A stretch of DNA of 63,011 bases, counting the filler, from Octopus bimaculoides (Eukaryota), in NCBI RefSeq assembly GCF_001194135.2. It is 4 parts of 4 records of this genome, joined end to end, with 100 filler letters (N's around TTAATTAATTAA, not from the genome) between each part and the next. Parts side by side here need not be neighbours in the genome. Positions count along the whole stretch, not along the records: positions 30,576 to 51,139 come from NC_068983.1; positions 51,240 to 61,314 come from NC_068999.1; 2 more parts are not named here. The stretch is one strand, 5' to 3'. Positions 39,441-51,620 of this stretch are shown in pieces. Under the pieces are notes generated by a model, which worked only from the letters and a program-made list of their open reading frames with translations, was not told the DNA's origin and made no database searches. The first letter of the stretch is position 1. Every line of letters starts with the position of its first letter. Made by a program: the position numbers and the translations under genes.

Positions 39441-40436
39441 GTAAGTTAAAACATACTTTTGATGATGGTTGTCAATTGGTGATACTGGTCACTTATTATT
39501 TATGTTGTTAGGAGATTTCATTAATAATTGTTGACAATATCATAGTTGATGTGAATGTGATGTTAGCCAGTAATTTTTGTTGAGACAGTGGGTTCTTGTG
39601 TTTTCTTTTTTGTGGCAGTTAACTCAGTTGTTGGTTGTGTATTACTGGTTGGTTGTGTATTACTGGTCAATTTTTCATTATGTGATACCTGGTCAATATG
39701 TGATAGGAATTTGATACTTGGTCAGTTATTGATGGTTTTACAGTTCATGAAGGGGAGTTTATTTAGCTGGCGGTACACCTGATGATCATTGGTTAGTGAT
39801 TCTATTACAGGTATCCGTGCTTAGTTATTGCTGATACTAATCTAAATAGTCATTAGTTAACTGTGTTATACATTTGAAGGAATATGGCTCAGCTGTGTTG
39901 TGTTCTTGAGCAAGACACTTTATTCCAGGTTGCTACAGTTCACTCAGTTACAGAAATGAGTTGTGACATCACTGGTGCCAAGCTGCATTGACCTTTGCCT
40001 TTCCCTTGGATAACATAGGTGGTGTGGAAAGGGAAGGCTGGTATGCATGGGTGACTGCTGATCTTCCATAAGCAATCCTGCCCAGATTTGTGCCTAAGAA
40101 GGGAACTTTCTTAGTGCAATCCCATGGCCATTCATGACAGAAGGTGGTCTTTACCTTTTACATTTGAACTAGGATGTAGATCTATGTAGTATTTGTCAAC
40201 TGACCATTGACACAGATGGATGGAAAGGATTGAATTCAGAAAACTAACCAAGATTCATGTGAATAAGGAATGTGGTTTATTAGTTTTAAATATTAGGTAA
40301 AGTAACAGAAAACACAACTGTTAGGATAACGTTGAAAACTATTGCTCATAGGTTATAGATTCAAATCATGATTAGGAATGAATGAATAAATGAATAAATA
40401 GGTAGTAAACCCGGATTAAGAATATATAAACAAGGT

Positions 40437-40806
40437 TGTAACTTTACGTTTATTGAGGCTACACATATATACACAAGATGGAAGTCACTGTAATGTGGTC
40501 AGTGGTTAGACCTTAGAAGGTCTGGAACCAACAGACTCTGAGACTAGAAGGAGGTGAGTTTTTATAGCTAATGGTAGGCTCAAATGCAGTTTTGAACAGA
40601 CTGTCTCATGTGACTTATTTGGAGGTTGTGATTGGTTGGGTTGTATATTGGCACATGATAGTAAGAGACAAATTGTGCCAACACCAACCAATCAGAGTGG
40701 TAGACACAACTGGGTCCAAAACAGTGCCTGAAGGTTAGCTGTTACCTGCTATATTCGTATGTATTTATATGTAATAGAGAGAGGAAGTTCACTAGAGTTC
40801 GCTACA
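40437..40806 (-). mobile_element. Candidate solo LTR, antisense to PLOD
   Basis: 370 bp with TGTA...TACA termini; on the minus strand CCAAT boxes, GCTATAAAAC and AATAAA about 12 nt before the end; no matching TSD seen. Confidence 0.55.
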
Positions 40807-41562
40807 AATATATGAAACCGGATTAACAGAGGACTACATCTGCTTGAAAAACTTAAATAGTGGACAATAGTGTTGTGAAAGCACAATGGTTTAGGGTTTC
40901 GTATCTGATACAGTACAGTGATTGATGGTCATTTAGGAAAAAGGTGTGGAAATTATAGAATATATACTGATATGTTTATGAACTAAAGTTTTATTTGCTA
41001 TCTCCTGACATATTTCTTTTGAAACTTTAGAATTATCTTTTCTTTACAGTCCACAACCCTGATCAGACTTATAGTGAAAAGCATTCTGGCTATGATCATT
41101 CCAATTTATTTTCAGATACAGTACATCTGTCACTATGTTATTCAATATTTCTTTCCTTTAAGATGATAGTGTAGGGTAAAATTTGAGGAACATTTAGCTG
41201 ATATATTTGAACAGGTCAACTGACCATGTAGTGGCACCCATGTTTTTATGTGCATGCAAAGTTATTCCATATCATGAAGTCTATTAACTAGCAATATATT
41301 AATATATTGAATAATAAGCAAAGTAAGTTCACAAAGTTGTATGAGGGTCCTTCCTCAAAGAATGAAGGGCCTAATTTATTCCACTTATTTGACGACACAG
41401 GCCACTATGAGTTTCCTTGAATTTTATTGTTCTGTTGTTGATGAGTTAAACTTGACAACTTGAGATCCTCAAGGATTTTATGTGTTGGGCTTTTACACAA
41501 GTCACACAACAACAGTCTAGTTGAAAATACAAGTTAATTTCTGCACGTGTGTGTACACAGAA

Positions 41563-41595
41563 ATGCACACACACATCACATACATGTGTAAACAT

Positions 41596-41653
<58 letters not shown>

Positions 41654-41840
41654 ACTCACATGTGCATACACACTTCACACATGCACACACACATCACATA
41701 CATGTGTAAACATCACTCGCACATGCAAACACACGCACACACACACACCACTCTCACACACACACACCACTCACATGTGCATACACACCTCACACATGCA
41801 CACACACCACCCATACATGCATACACACCACACACACATG
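41563..41840. repeat. Duplicated CA-rich minisatellite (about 110-bp unit, two or more copies)
   Basis: atgcacacacacatcacatacatgtgtaaacatcactcgcaca occurs at about 41563 and 41681. Confidence 0.85.
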
Positions 41841-42170
41841 ATGTGGTTGTATATATAGAGATTCTATTTCAATAAAAACAAAATCCCTGATTTCAAAAAC
41901 TATTGGCAATGTGAATTTAGTTGTCCTGGATGCTGTAGTGTATGAAATAGAAGAAATGTAGCATTTGGCAAAAAAATAAATGAATGAATGGCCATCCTAA
42001 AATACTACAATATATGTTGTAACATTATTTTCTTTATAATTATATTCATTTTCATATGCAAACACTACAGCATGAAAATAAATTCAAAATATATTTCATT
42101 TTATAAATTTTATAATTCATTATTTCAAAATTAGAATAAGGTATTTAAAAAAAATTAGCATGGTTTTCTA

Positions 42171-42533
42171 TGGCATGGCTGTGTGGTAAGAAGTTTGCTT
42201 CCCAACCACATGGTTCTGGGTTCAGTCCTACTGTGTTGCCCCTTGGGCAATTGTCTTCTGCTATATCCCCAGGCTGACCAAAGCCTTGTGAGGGGATTTA
42301 GTAGATGGAAACTGAAAGATGTCTGTCATATGTGTGTGTGTTGTCTTTGTGTTTGTTCCCCACCATTGCTTGACAACCAGTGTTGGTGTGTTTACATCCC
42401 TTGTAACCTAGCAGTTTGGCAAAAGATACCAATAAAATAAGTACTGGGGTCAATTCATCTGACTAAAAATTCTTCAAGACGGTGCTCCAGATTGGCTGCA
42501 ATCTAATGAGAAAAACAAGTGAAAGATAAAAGA
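42171..42533 (+). mobile_element. SINE family A (PLOD intron)
   Basis: tggctgtgtggtaagaagtttgcttcccaaccacatggttctgggttcagtcc... Confidence 0.88.
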
Positions 42534-43187
42534 TGTCTCTCAATGAATTTGATATCAACCAATGTTTCCCCAGCAAGTTGTTTTTCAACCAACAAAATGC
42601 ATATGGAAAAATCCAGTCAGCATTCTTGTAACAAGATTTGAAGCTTATTTTAACATCTGATTTCTTTTTTTTTTTTACTTGCTGGCATGTTGAAGATGTT
42701 GGTGGGGGCAATTATCTTTGTAGCTGGATGCCTTTTTCTATCAATCACTCAACCATGAAGTAGGAATGGAATCTGTTTTGTCACTCAGTCAAGCATATAC
42801 TTGTAGGCAGCAGTAACTTATGATCTTGTGATTGTATTCTCTGTTGTTCATAACTTCCACTTCACAACCATTGTACTCATCAAAGTGTTTGTGAAGAAAA
42901 TAAAGGGGATGGGTGGGTGGGAGTGACCTTATTTTTTGTGTTTTTTTTTTTATATCACTGCCATGTAACTGAAGACTAGGGGTTTTGGATTTTCTTGTAT
43001 TACTTTCCCACAATAGATTAACCCCATTCAAGCCTTTAGTTTAACTCCAATTAGGTCATGTTAACAATAACAATATTTTTACTTTTGCCTAGATATAGAC
43101 ACTAGATTGTAAGTGAGATATAACACCCATCTCAACAAACATCTGAAACTAATAAAATTAACTTTACTTTTTTTGTGTCTATTGAAG

Positions 43188-43300
43188 GTTTTATGGGTGT
43201 TGCCAAGGACATCCATGAGATTGTCACCTTTAAACCTATTGGAAATAAAGAGGATGATCAACTTTACTATACCAAAATATTCCTCAACAAAGAACTACGT
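43188..43300 (+). CDS. PLOD: PLOD coding exon, 113 nt
   Basis: Acceptor gtctattgaag|, donor |gtaagt. Reads (G)FMGVAKDIHEIVTFKPIGNKEDDQLYYTKIFLNKELR, with the DDQLxYT motif. Confidence 0.96.
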
Positions 43301-43913
43301 GTAAGTTTACTCATACATCGTCATTGTTTTAAGCTTGTAGCATTCAAATTACTCAATCAAATACTATGTTTATTTTTTCACATTATTTTGAATTAATCAG
43401 ACAGTATCTCATAGCTTTGAAATTTCAATGTTGTAAATTTTATTTTTAGTATGACTTAAGTAGTGGGGCTCTGAAAGGGGTTACATGGAGGCAGTGTCTC
43501 TGCTTTCCTGAGCTAGTTTTCCACCACATTTCTTAAAAATCATGGTAGAGGCCTTGGTCTCAGGACCATTCATGTCTAGAAACTGAGGTTGGAGTTAAGC
43601 AAGGGCATGCTCCCCGTAGAAAATCCAGCCACAAAAAAGTCTCATGAGAATGGGCACCAGCCAGTCCAAAGATTGGGTGGGCTGCATCTGCATACCTGAA
43701 AAAGAAAGGTGCATGTTCATACTAGTGATATTTAAGATGCAAGCCTCCTGTTATTTATCCAATACTTTATCAACACTAACTTTAAAAACTGTTATGTAAT
43801 TATGTTGGTTTTAATGAGATAGTTATTCTATTCATATATTGTATTGTAATATTTATGTTATATGTACTATAATTACTTATAATACAGTTTCTTTTATTTT
43901 ATTCTTCTTATAG

Positions 43914-43977
43914 ACACGATGGGACATTAAATTGGATACGAAATCAGCGATATTCCAAAACTTAAATGGAGCTCTTG
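43914..43977 (+). CDS. PLOD: PLOD coding exon, 64 nt
   Basis: Acceptor ttcttcttatag|, donor g|gtaaat. Reads TRWDIKLDTKSAIFQNLNGAL(G), with the IFQNLNGA motif. Confidence 0.95.
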
Positions 43978-45244
43978 GTAAATTTTGTTGCTGCTCATAT
44001 ATATTACTCTATTCATTTTTTTTTGTTGCTGTTTTGTATTTCAGGCATTTTCTGTTTTAAAATCTTGTTTATTTAAAAATAAAATGTAATTATTATATCT
44101 ATAGCCATTTTGTGCATGTATAAACATATGTAATCTTATTGTGTTGCTTTGCTTAAACATCTAAGTTGATAAAAGCATGAGATCAGCAACAGATTTATTG
44201 CAGCTTTGATTCCCATATAGTCTCCATAGGACCAGTGAAATTAAGTTACATGCTGTCGTAGTTAAGTGTATAGATTATCTGTTATACATTCTGCTATACG
44301 TATGTAAAATGTCATGTTGCTTTCATAAAATTCAACTAAGGTTAACTATACATAACACAATGCAGCATACAATAAATATATTATTCTGTGTTGTGGTGAG
44401 GATTGTTAAAACCCAAGTTAATTGAAATCAAAGTAGTATAGTTACTGTGCCTTATATTAACATAAGTTATAACCCCAAACAGTTTTCATTAGAAGATTAT
44501 ACATATTCCTGAGTTGCATTTGTTTGATAAATGATTTCATGCAGTGAGTAATGTCAGTGTCTGGGCTACAGATGTAGAGCAAAATTTCTTGACACTTAGG
44601 GTTATATTAGCAGCAGAACCTAGACTTGTCTGGGTTTATGAGTTTATTAACCCCAAATAAATACAGTCACATGATTTCACTATATTTGGGGTGAATTGCT
44701 TTAAGAAGATGCTAACAGTTTTCAGTTTGTCTGGGAATTTTGATACCCTCAGAATTGTTGCATCCAGGCCATCAAGAAGAAGGTACAATTTGAGATTCTT
44801 AGAAATGTACAGAAAAATAAACATGTCTTTTTGAACCCAAGCACATGTGGCCTGAAAAACACAAAGTATAGATAGGGCAGCATAGTTCTCAGGAAAACTT
44901 AGTTACTTAATAATTTTGAACAAACAGACATAAGTATTGACTCCTAGAAGAGACATTTGTAGCTAAAGATTTTATATTTTCTATAACCCAGGCTTCTTTG
45001 CTCTCTCTTATTTATGCTGTGGGATTTTTCATTGCCATTGAGTTCTCTGTTGAGGTGGTTTTCATTCTTTGTACACCATCTCATAAGAATTTTTTCTTAT
45101 GTACAATGGCCTTTTTCTCTGGGACAAATTTGTAACATATGGCTTGCATTAAGGATATGAATTCTTTGAGTTTCATGTTGATGTCATGTGTGGAGATACA
45201 ATACATACAATCACATTCACTTCTCTAAATCTTATTTGTAAATG

Positions 45245-45545
45245 ATGCAGGTGTGACTGTGTGGTAAGAAGCTTGCTTTCTAATCATGTGGTTCTGGGTT
45301 CAGTCCCACTGGTTGACACTTTGGGAAAGCGTTTTCTGTTATAGCATCGGGTCAATCAGAGCTTTGTGAGTAGATTTGGTAGATGGAAACTGAAAGAAGC
45401 ACATTGTATATATATATGTGTGTGTCTGTGTCTATGCTTGTCCCCTACCACCACTTGACAAGTAGGGTTGGTGTGTTTACATCTCCGTAACTTAGGGGTT
45501 TGGCAAAAGAGATCAATAGCATAAGTATCTGGTTTAAAAGAAAGA
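45245..45545 (+). mobile_element. SINE family A (PLOD intron)
   Basis: Same head and body motifs as other copies. Confidence 0.85.
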
Positions 45546-45997
45546 TATGTGCTGGCATCGGTTGGGCAGTTTGACTGGAGATGGCAAACTGGAGAGCTGC
45601 ACCAGGTTCCAATCTGATTTGGCTTGGCTTCCCTTCTTAGCTCCTAATGCCAACCACTTTACAGTGTGTGCTGGGTGCTTTTGACGTGGTACTGACATGA
45701 GTGCTTATTATGTGGAACTGGCACAAGACTCTTGCAGGTTAGTCCTCCTCACCATGGGGAGCAGCCTTAACACTTCTGCTGTACAGGACTGGTCTTCTTG
45801 AGTATCTGCTGTGTAGGACGGGTCTGCTTCATTAATTCAAACCAATGGTAATAAATGAATATTCTATTGATATTTGGCAGAGCAATCTGAACACTAAAGG
45901 GCTAACCCTTAGTTGTTTATCGTAAACTATGCTACATAATTCTGAGTAAAACATAACAGTTCTGAAATAATGTTTTCCTATTCCTGTTTTGTTGTAG

Positions 45998-46095
45998 GTG
46001 AGATTATGGTGAAATTTAAAGGGGCTCACAGTTTCCTGTATAATGTCAAAACTAGACAAACACCAACTGTTGTACATGGAAATGGACCAGTCAAG
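45998..46095 (+). CDS. PLOD: PLOD coding exon, 98 nt
   Basis: Acceptor ttttgttgtag|, donor aag|gtaaag. Reads (G)EIMVKFKGAHSFLYNVKTRQTPTVVHGNGPVK, with the VVHGNG motif. Confidence 0.96.
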
Positions 46096-46998
46096 GTAAA
46101 GTATGAAGGAGAATGTTGTTAATTCTTATTGTATGGTGGAGATTGTGATGGCATTTGTTGTCATTTAGCCCCAGGTTAGCCTTGTCAAACAAAGGCTTTC
46201 CAACCATGTTCACCCTGTCTTTTTGTATATCATGAACTATATATTGTGTACTGAATCTTTTCATTTTTAAGACAGTAGGTTGTAATTTGAGGGAGATTTG
46301 GCTACTATTTCCAGCAGTCAAGCAACCATGTTGAGGTTCTGTAGTGTGTAGTAGTTGTGTGCATGTTTGTGGTGTCTAGAGTTATTGTTTAGTTCCAGGT
46401 CATCCTTGACTGAGTAGATTTATGATCAAAACCTTTCCAACTGTGGCCATCTCATCCTTTTTCTGTGATGTGAACTGAAACCCATGTTCACATTATCCAA
46501 CATGTACTTTTTTTTTTAAAGATGGTAGACTACGGTTTGGTTGCTATTTCTAGCAGGTTGAATGACAATGTAGAGGTTTGTTCATTGACTCCTAATGTCA
46601 ATAGTGAGTATGTGGTGACAGTAGCAGAGGTTGTGCTTGTTTTATATGTATTGGTGGTTCAGTGGTTAGTGTTGGGTTCACAACATGAGGTAGTGAGTTA
46701 GATTTCCAGACTGGGATGTATGTTGTGTTCTTGAGCAAAACACTTTATATCATATTGCTCCAGTTCCCACAACTATAGAAATAAGTTGCAACGTCACTGA
46801 TCTTAAGCCGTATTGGCCTTTTCCTTTCCCTTGGATAATATCAGTGGTGTGGAGACATGAGGCTGGTATGCATGGGCGACTGCTGGTCTTCCATAAACAA
46901 ACTTGCGTGGACTTGTGCCTTGGAGGTTAACTTTCTAGGTGCAGTCCCATGGTCATTCATGATCGAAGAGGGTCTTTTTTTTGCAGTGGTGTTTACAA

Positions 46999-47220
46999 TA
47001 TGAGGGGTGCTGAAAAGTTCCTGGCTTTAAGGGTATCATGAAAGGCCTGGTTGGAGGCTCAGCCTTCAGAGTTCTTTTACAGGCTTTAAAAAAACTGAAG
47101 CACTGCTGCAATAAGTGTGTGAATCTGAGAAGGGGGAATATGTTGAATAAAATCATAATTAACTGATCCTCTTGTATTGTCTTTTATCCAAAGCCAGGAA
47201 CTTCTCAGCACCCCCTCGTA
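46999..47220. mobile_element. Mariner-type MITE, copy 2 (PLOD intron)
   Basis: TIRs tatgaggggtgctgaaaagttcctggcttt / aaagccaggaacttctcagcaccccctcgta; colinear with 12806-13026. Confidence 0.9.
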
Positions 47221-47343
47221 TGTGACAGTGGTGATGATTATATTATAGTGGTGCTGGTATCTGTAATGTGGTGATGATGTTTGTACTGTATTTGTTGTGA
47301 TGTATGTAGGGCAGTAATGGTGTCTATAATATATGGTGAACAA

Positions 47344-47556
47344 AGGCAGCGTGCTGGCAGAATCATTAGCACACTGGGCAGAATGCTTAGCAGCATTTTG
47401 TGTGTCTTTATGTTGAGTTCAAATGCTGCTGTGGTCAGCTTTGCCTTTCATCCTATCGTGTTCAATAAAGTAAGTACCAGTTGAAATCTGGGGTCAATGT
47501 AATCAACTTACCCCTTCCCCAGAAATTGCTGGCCTTGGGCCAAAATCTGAAACCAA
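47344..47556 (+). mobile_element. SINE family B (PLOD intron)
   Basis: gtgctggcagaatcattagcacactgggcagaatgcttagc...ctttgcctttcatcct...gtaccagttg. Confidence 0.85.
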
Positions 47557-47712
47557 AATATGGTGAAGATAGAGGTATATAGTGTGTGTGTGTGTGTAAT
47601 GCTAATATTGTGTATGTGTACTACATAGCATTGTATTTTGATGCTTTTCCTATTCCTAAATATTTCACCTGATCGTCATCTTTCATCATTCTGGCATATT
47701 TTTTTTTTTTAG

Positions 47713-47814
47713 GAAGAATTCAGTCGAATTGCCAATTATCTTGGAGATGGTTGGACAAAAACTGGTGGTTGTTTTTCCTGTAAGGAAGATGTGCTCAGCC
47801 TATCTTCTGTAAAG
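47713..47814 (+). CDS. PLOD: PLOD coding exon, 102 nt
   Basis: Poly-T acceptor ...ttttag|, donor aag|gtaatt. Reads EEFSRIANYLGDGWTKTGGCFSCKEDVLSLSSVK, with the NYxxxGW...GCxxC motif. Confidence 0.94.
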
Positions 47815-48479
47815 GTAATTACATCTAATGATATAAAACAATTTATATTATATATGATTTGTTGCAATATGCTAAGCTAATTGTATATACATCAACATCT
47901 CTGTTGTCTTGCCAAAAGCTCTTTCTCTCGGGTCTGTTGTCTCAACGAACAGTTTTGTCTGGGCAGGTGGGTGGGTGGGTGATGGGGGTGTGGTCTGCTA
48001 TCAAATGTACATCTTTGAATCATTGTGTTAGATTCCTAAAAGTTCTTTAATATGAGCTGCTGAAATTTGAGTTTTAAAATAGTGTTGGAATTATCATCAT
48101 CACTTAATGGCATGGGTAGAAATTTTAATCTGCAAAGGAATTTCTTTTCACATTGACTTATGATATTTTCCATGCATAAGCATGGTTTTGATGGGTTTAG
48201 TAAATTTTGATGTGTGCTTAATGGAGTTGTGTGTTTATAGCTGACCTCTTTTAGTAATTATTTGACTTTGATACAACAATAGTACTCTCTCTCTCTCATA
48301 AGCAACTCAAATGACATAACACCAGGTATTATGTAATTTGTGAGGATTCATGACTCAGACTTGAGTATAGGAATGTTTGATCTCATTACTCTCTATTCAT
48401 CTGAGACAATGTAATAACTGTAAATGGTTTACTCCCCTAGCAATCAGATTACTCTATCAAATCTAATGCTTATGTATTC

Positions 48480-48918
48480 ACATTGTTTTGTGGAGAGTAC
48501 CTGCACAAGGGGTAGACCCAGGAAGACACGGGACGAAGTAGTGAGAAAGAATCTTCAGGTGCTGAGCCTCACTGAGGAAATTAGGAGGGACTGGGAGATG
48601 TGGTTATTTGCTGTACTTGATAGGACATGTCAACTTAAGTAAAATTGCTGTCTTCCACACATACAGGTTTGTCCTTTCAGGTGCCATTGCCACTTAAACA
48701 GTACCTGTGCTAGTGCTGTGTAAATGCAGTCATGCAGTGGAACATAAAAAGCACCCAGCACACTTTGTTAAGTGGTTGACATTAGAAAGGGTATCTAGTC
48801 ATAGAAACCATGCCTTGACAGATAACTGGAGTCTGGGCAGCTCCCTGCCAGCTAGTGCCATGTCAAATCATCCATCCCATGCCAGCATAGAAAATGGATG
48901 TTAAATGATGATGATGAC
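48480..48918 (+). mobile_element. RTE LINE 3' end (ORF C-terminus, UTR and (GAT)n tail)
   Basis: VESTCTRGRPRKTRDEVVRKNLQVLSLTEEIRRDWEMW followed by the same 3' UTR as the copies above, linking that family to RTE. Confidence 0.82.
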
Positions 48919-48972
48919 GTTTTGAATTACTCATGCATTATCTTGTAAATTTGAGATTTTCCTTATGTGACT

Positions 48973-49373
48973 ATCTTTTATTTTTTACCTGTTTTAGTCA
49001 TTAGATTGTGACCATGCTAGGGCACTATCTTGAAGAATTTTTAGTCAAACAAATCAACCCTGGGACTTTCTTTTTAAGCCTGCTACTTATTCTATCTATC
49101 CTTTTTGCTGAACCGCTAAGTAATGGGGACGTAAACACACCAACATTGGTTGTTAAGTGGTGAGTGTGGGACAAACATAGACACAAAGATACACAGATAT
49201 ATGTATATATGATGGGTTCCTTCCAGTTTCCATTTAACAAATCTACTCACAAGGCTTTGGTTGGCCCAAGGCTATAGTAGAAGACACTTTCCTACGGTGC
49301 CATGCAATGGGACTGAACTCAGATCCATGGGGTTGGGAAGTAAACTTCTTACCACATAGCCAGACCTGTGCCT
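48973..49373 (-). mobile_element. SINE family A (PLOD intron, antisense)
   Basis: Colinear with 2703-3095; CpG-decayed. Confidence 0.88.
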
Positions 49374-50005
49374 AATCATATTGTAAGGTAGGTGTGAGAA
49401 CCGGGATCTGGCCAATTAAGATGTTAAAAGATAAACTTATTCAGACAAGGTCATTCATTCACCCATCACAGCTCATTCAAATTTAAGTCAGATATAGATT
49501 AAATAAATCTTACTTTTTTTTTTACCAGAGTTAAATATTTCAGGAAAAAAAAAAAAGTGTCTTATGATTGTTTCACAACCATTTTTCCATGCTTTGCATG
49601 GGTTGAGGTTGTTTATTTGTTGATAGAACTGTTTTTAAAATTGAACATTGCTGACCACTCAAAGTAAACTGAAATATAATTGTAAGATTTGAAACTACAA
49701 AATTTAAGAAACTATCATCATTATTTTAACATCTACTTTTCTGTGCTTGCATGGATTAAGTGGAGCTTATTGGGGGAGATTTTTCTATAGCTGGATGCCT
49801 TTCCTGTTGCTAACTCTCACCTGTTTCTGAACAAGGTAATATTTTCCCAAAGCTAGATTATCTTCCCATGGAAGACTGGAAATAGGTGTTTGTTTAGAAC
49901 CTTCATGTGATGTCAACACAGAGTTTTTCTTTAAAGAAGGTAAAATTTATCCCAGAAATATCATGGAATGACTGTCATTGCTATGATTTCTCTAAACTTT
50001 TTCAG

Positions 50006-50137
50006 ATTTCTGATTATCCAAAAGTAATGATTGCAGTTTTTATACATCACAATATTCCATTTATGAGAGAATTCTTTGATAAAGTTTACAAGTTGGATTA
50101 TCCATCGAAACGCATTGATTTATACATCCATAACAAA
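50006..50137 (+). CDS. PLOD: PLOD coding exon, 132 nt (last recognisable exon; gene is 3'-partial here)
   Basis: Acceptor actttttcag|, donor |gtgagt. Reads ISDYPKVMIAVFIHHNIPFMREFFDKVYKLDYPSKRIDLYIHNK, with the LDYPxxRIxLxIHN motif. Confidence 0.95.
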
Positions 50138-50837
50138 GTGAGTTACACTTTTTACTTCTCAGTTTTTTTTTTCTTTGCTTTTTATATCTCTGATATGTTG
50201 AGTTTTTACTTTTCAGTTTTGCATTTAAAAATAGATTTGATAAAACAATCTGTTGTTTAAAGCGTTTTATATTTTATATTGCCAATTTCAAAAAACAATA
50301 ATGTCATTTATTTATAGATTTCTAATGGTGCATAGATTCATTGCATTTATGATGGTAAGAAGTGACAAGGGAGTGTCTGTGAAGCTCATTCAGAACAAAT
50401 ACCACGGGGTATTTTTGTTTACAAACACTTGTTGATCAGTTTTATCACTGTTATTTAGATCTTTCACCAATGTGTATGCATAAAAGATGCATACCTACCT
50501 ACATACATGTATATACTTTGGGCTTCTGCATAGTTTCCATATAACAAATTCCACTCAATGCATTTTTTAATCCAAGATTTTAGTAGAAGAGACTTGACTA
50601 AAGTATCATACATTAGATTTGGAATCATGTGTTTGCAAAATCAAGCTTTCTAGCCAAACAACCATACTAGCATCTGTACCATAGAGCCATGGTTGCATCC
50701 ATGTCAAGAACTAATTACTGGACCTTTGTGCTTAACAATTTTAAGTATCATCTGTATTGTTTAAACTTTAGCTTATGTTCTAAGTTTGAACTATAATTGT
50801 TTAATAAGCCTTTTTTTCCCCTTTTCTGCTTCTATTC

Positions 50838-51139
50838 ATCATCATCATCATCATCATCGTTTAACGTCCGCTTTCCATGCTAGCATGGGTTGGACGATTT
50901 GATTGAGGACTGGTGAAACCGGATGGCAACACCAGGCTCCAATCTAATTTGGCAGAGTTTCTACAGCTGGATGCCCTTCCTAACGCCAACCACTCAGAGA
51001 GTGTAGTGGGTGCATTTACGTGTCACCCGCACGAAAACGGCCACGCTCGAAATGGTGTCTTTTATGTGCCACCCGCACAAGCCAGTCCAGGGGCACTGGC
51101 AACGATCTCACTCGAAAATCCTACGGGAGCCAGTCAGGC
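50838..51139 (-). mobile_element. Young RTE-type 3' end/SINE, inverted near-identical copy of 30576-30807
   Basis: Four mismatches over about 215 bp by manual comparison; truncated by the join. Confidence 0.9.
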
Positions 51140-51239
51140 NNNNNNNNNNNNNNNNNNNNNNNNNNNNNNNNNNNNNNNNNNNNTTAATTAATTAANNNNN
51201 NNNNNNNNNNNNNNNNNNNNNNNNNNNNNNNNNNNNNNN
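51140..51239. other. Artificial 100-bp scaffold join
   Basis: 44 N + TTAATTAATTAA (51184-51195) + 44 N. Confidence 0.95.
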
Positions 51240-51251
51240 TATATATGTATT

Positions 51252-51287
<36 letters not shown>

Positions 51288-51379
51288 AGCAAGGAATACG
51301 ACTGTTAAGGAGGTTTTAGTGTTGACTAATGTCTGTAAATTTTAAGAATAGTTTCTTTTTCATTATATGATAATTTTCC

Positions 51380-51620
51380 AAACTATGGTAAAAGTTTTTA
51401 TATGTGAAATAAACCACTTTCACCAGTTGCTATTGGAAATTCCTCAACAGATATCGATAGTTGTGTCTGCAAGAATTTACCAATACCGATTCTTGTTCCT
51501 GATTTCAAAAGACTGTCGCAAAATGTTATACTTTACCAAAAGACAAAGATTACAATTTCTGGAGTCATTGGTGTAGGGAGACATGCATTCTATGAAAGCG
51601 CAATTGATTTTTATTTAAGT
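51380..51620 (-). mobile_element. Penelope-like C-terminal remnant
   Basis: Minus strand CMSPYTNDSRNCNLCLLVKYNIL resembles the PLE PYxNxSxxCxLCLxEK motif. Confidence 0.6.
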
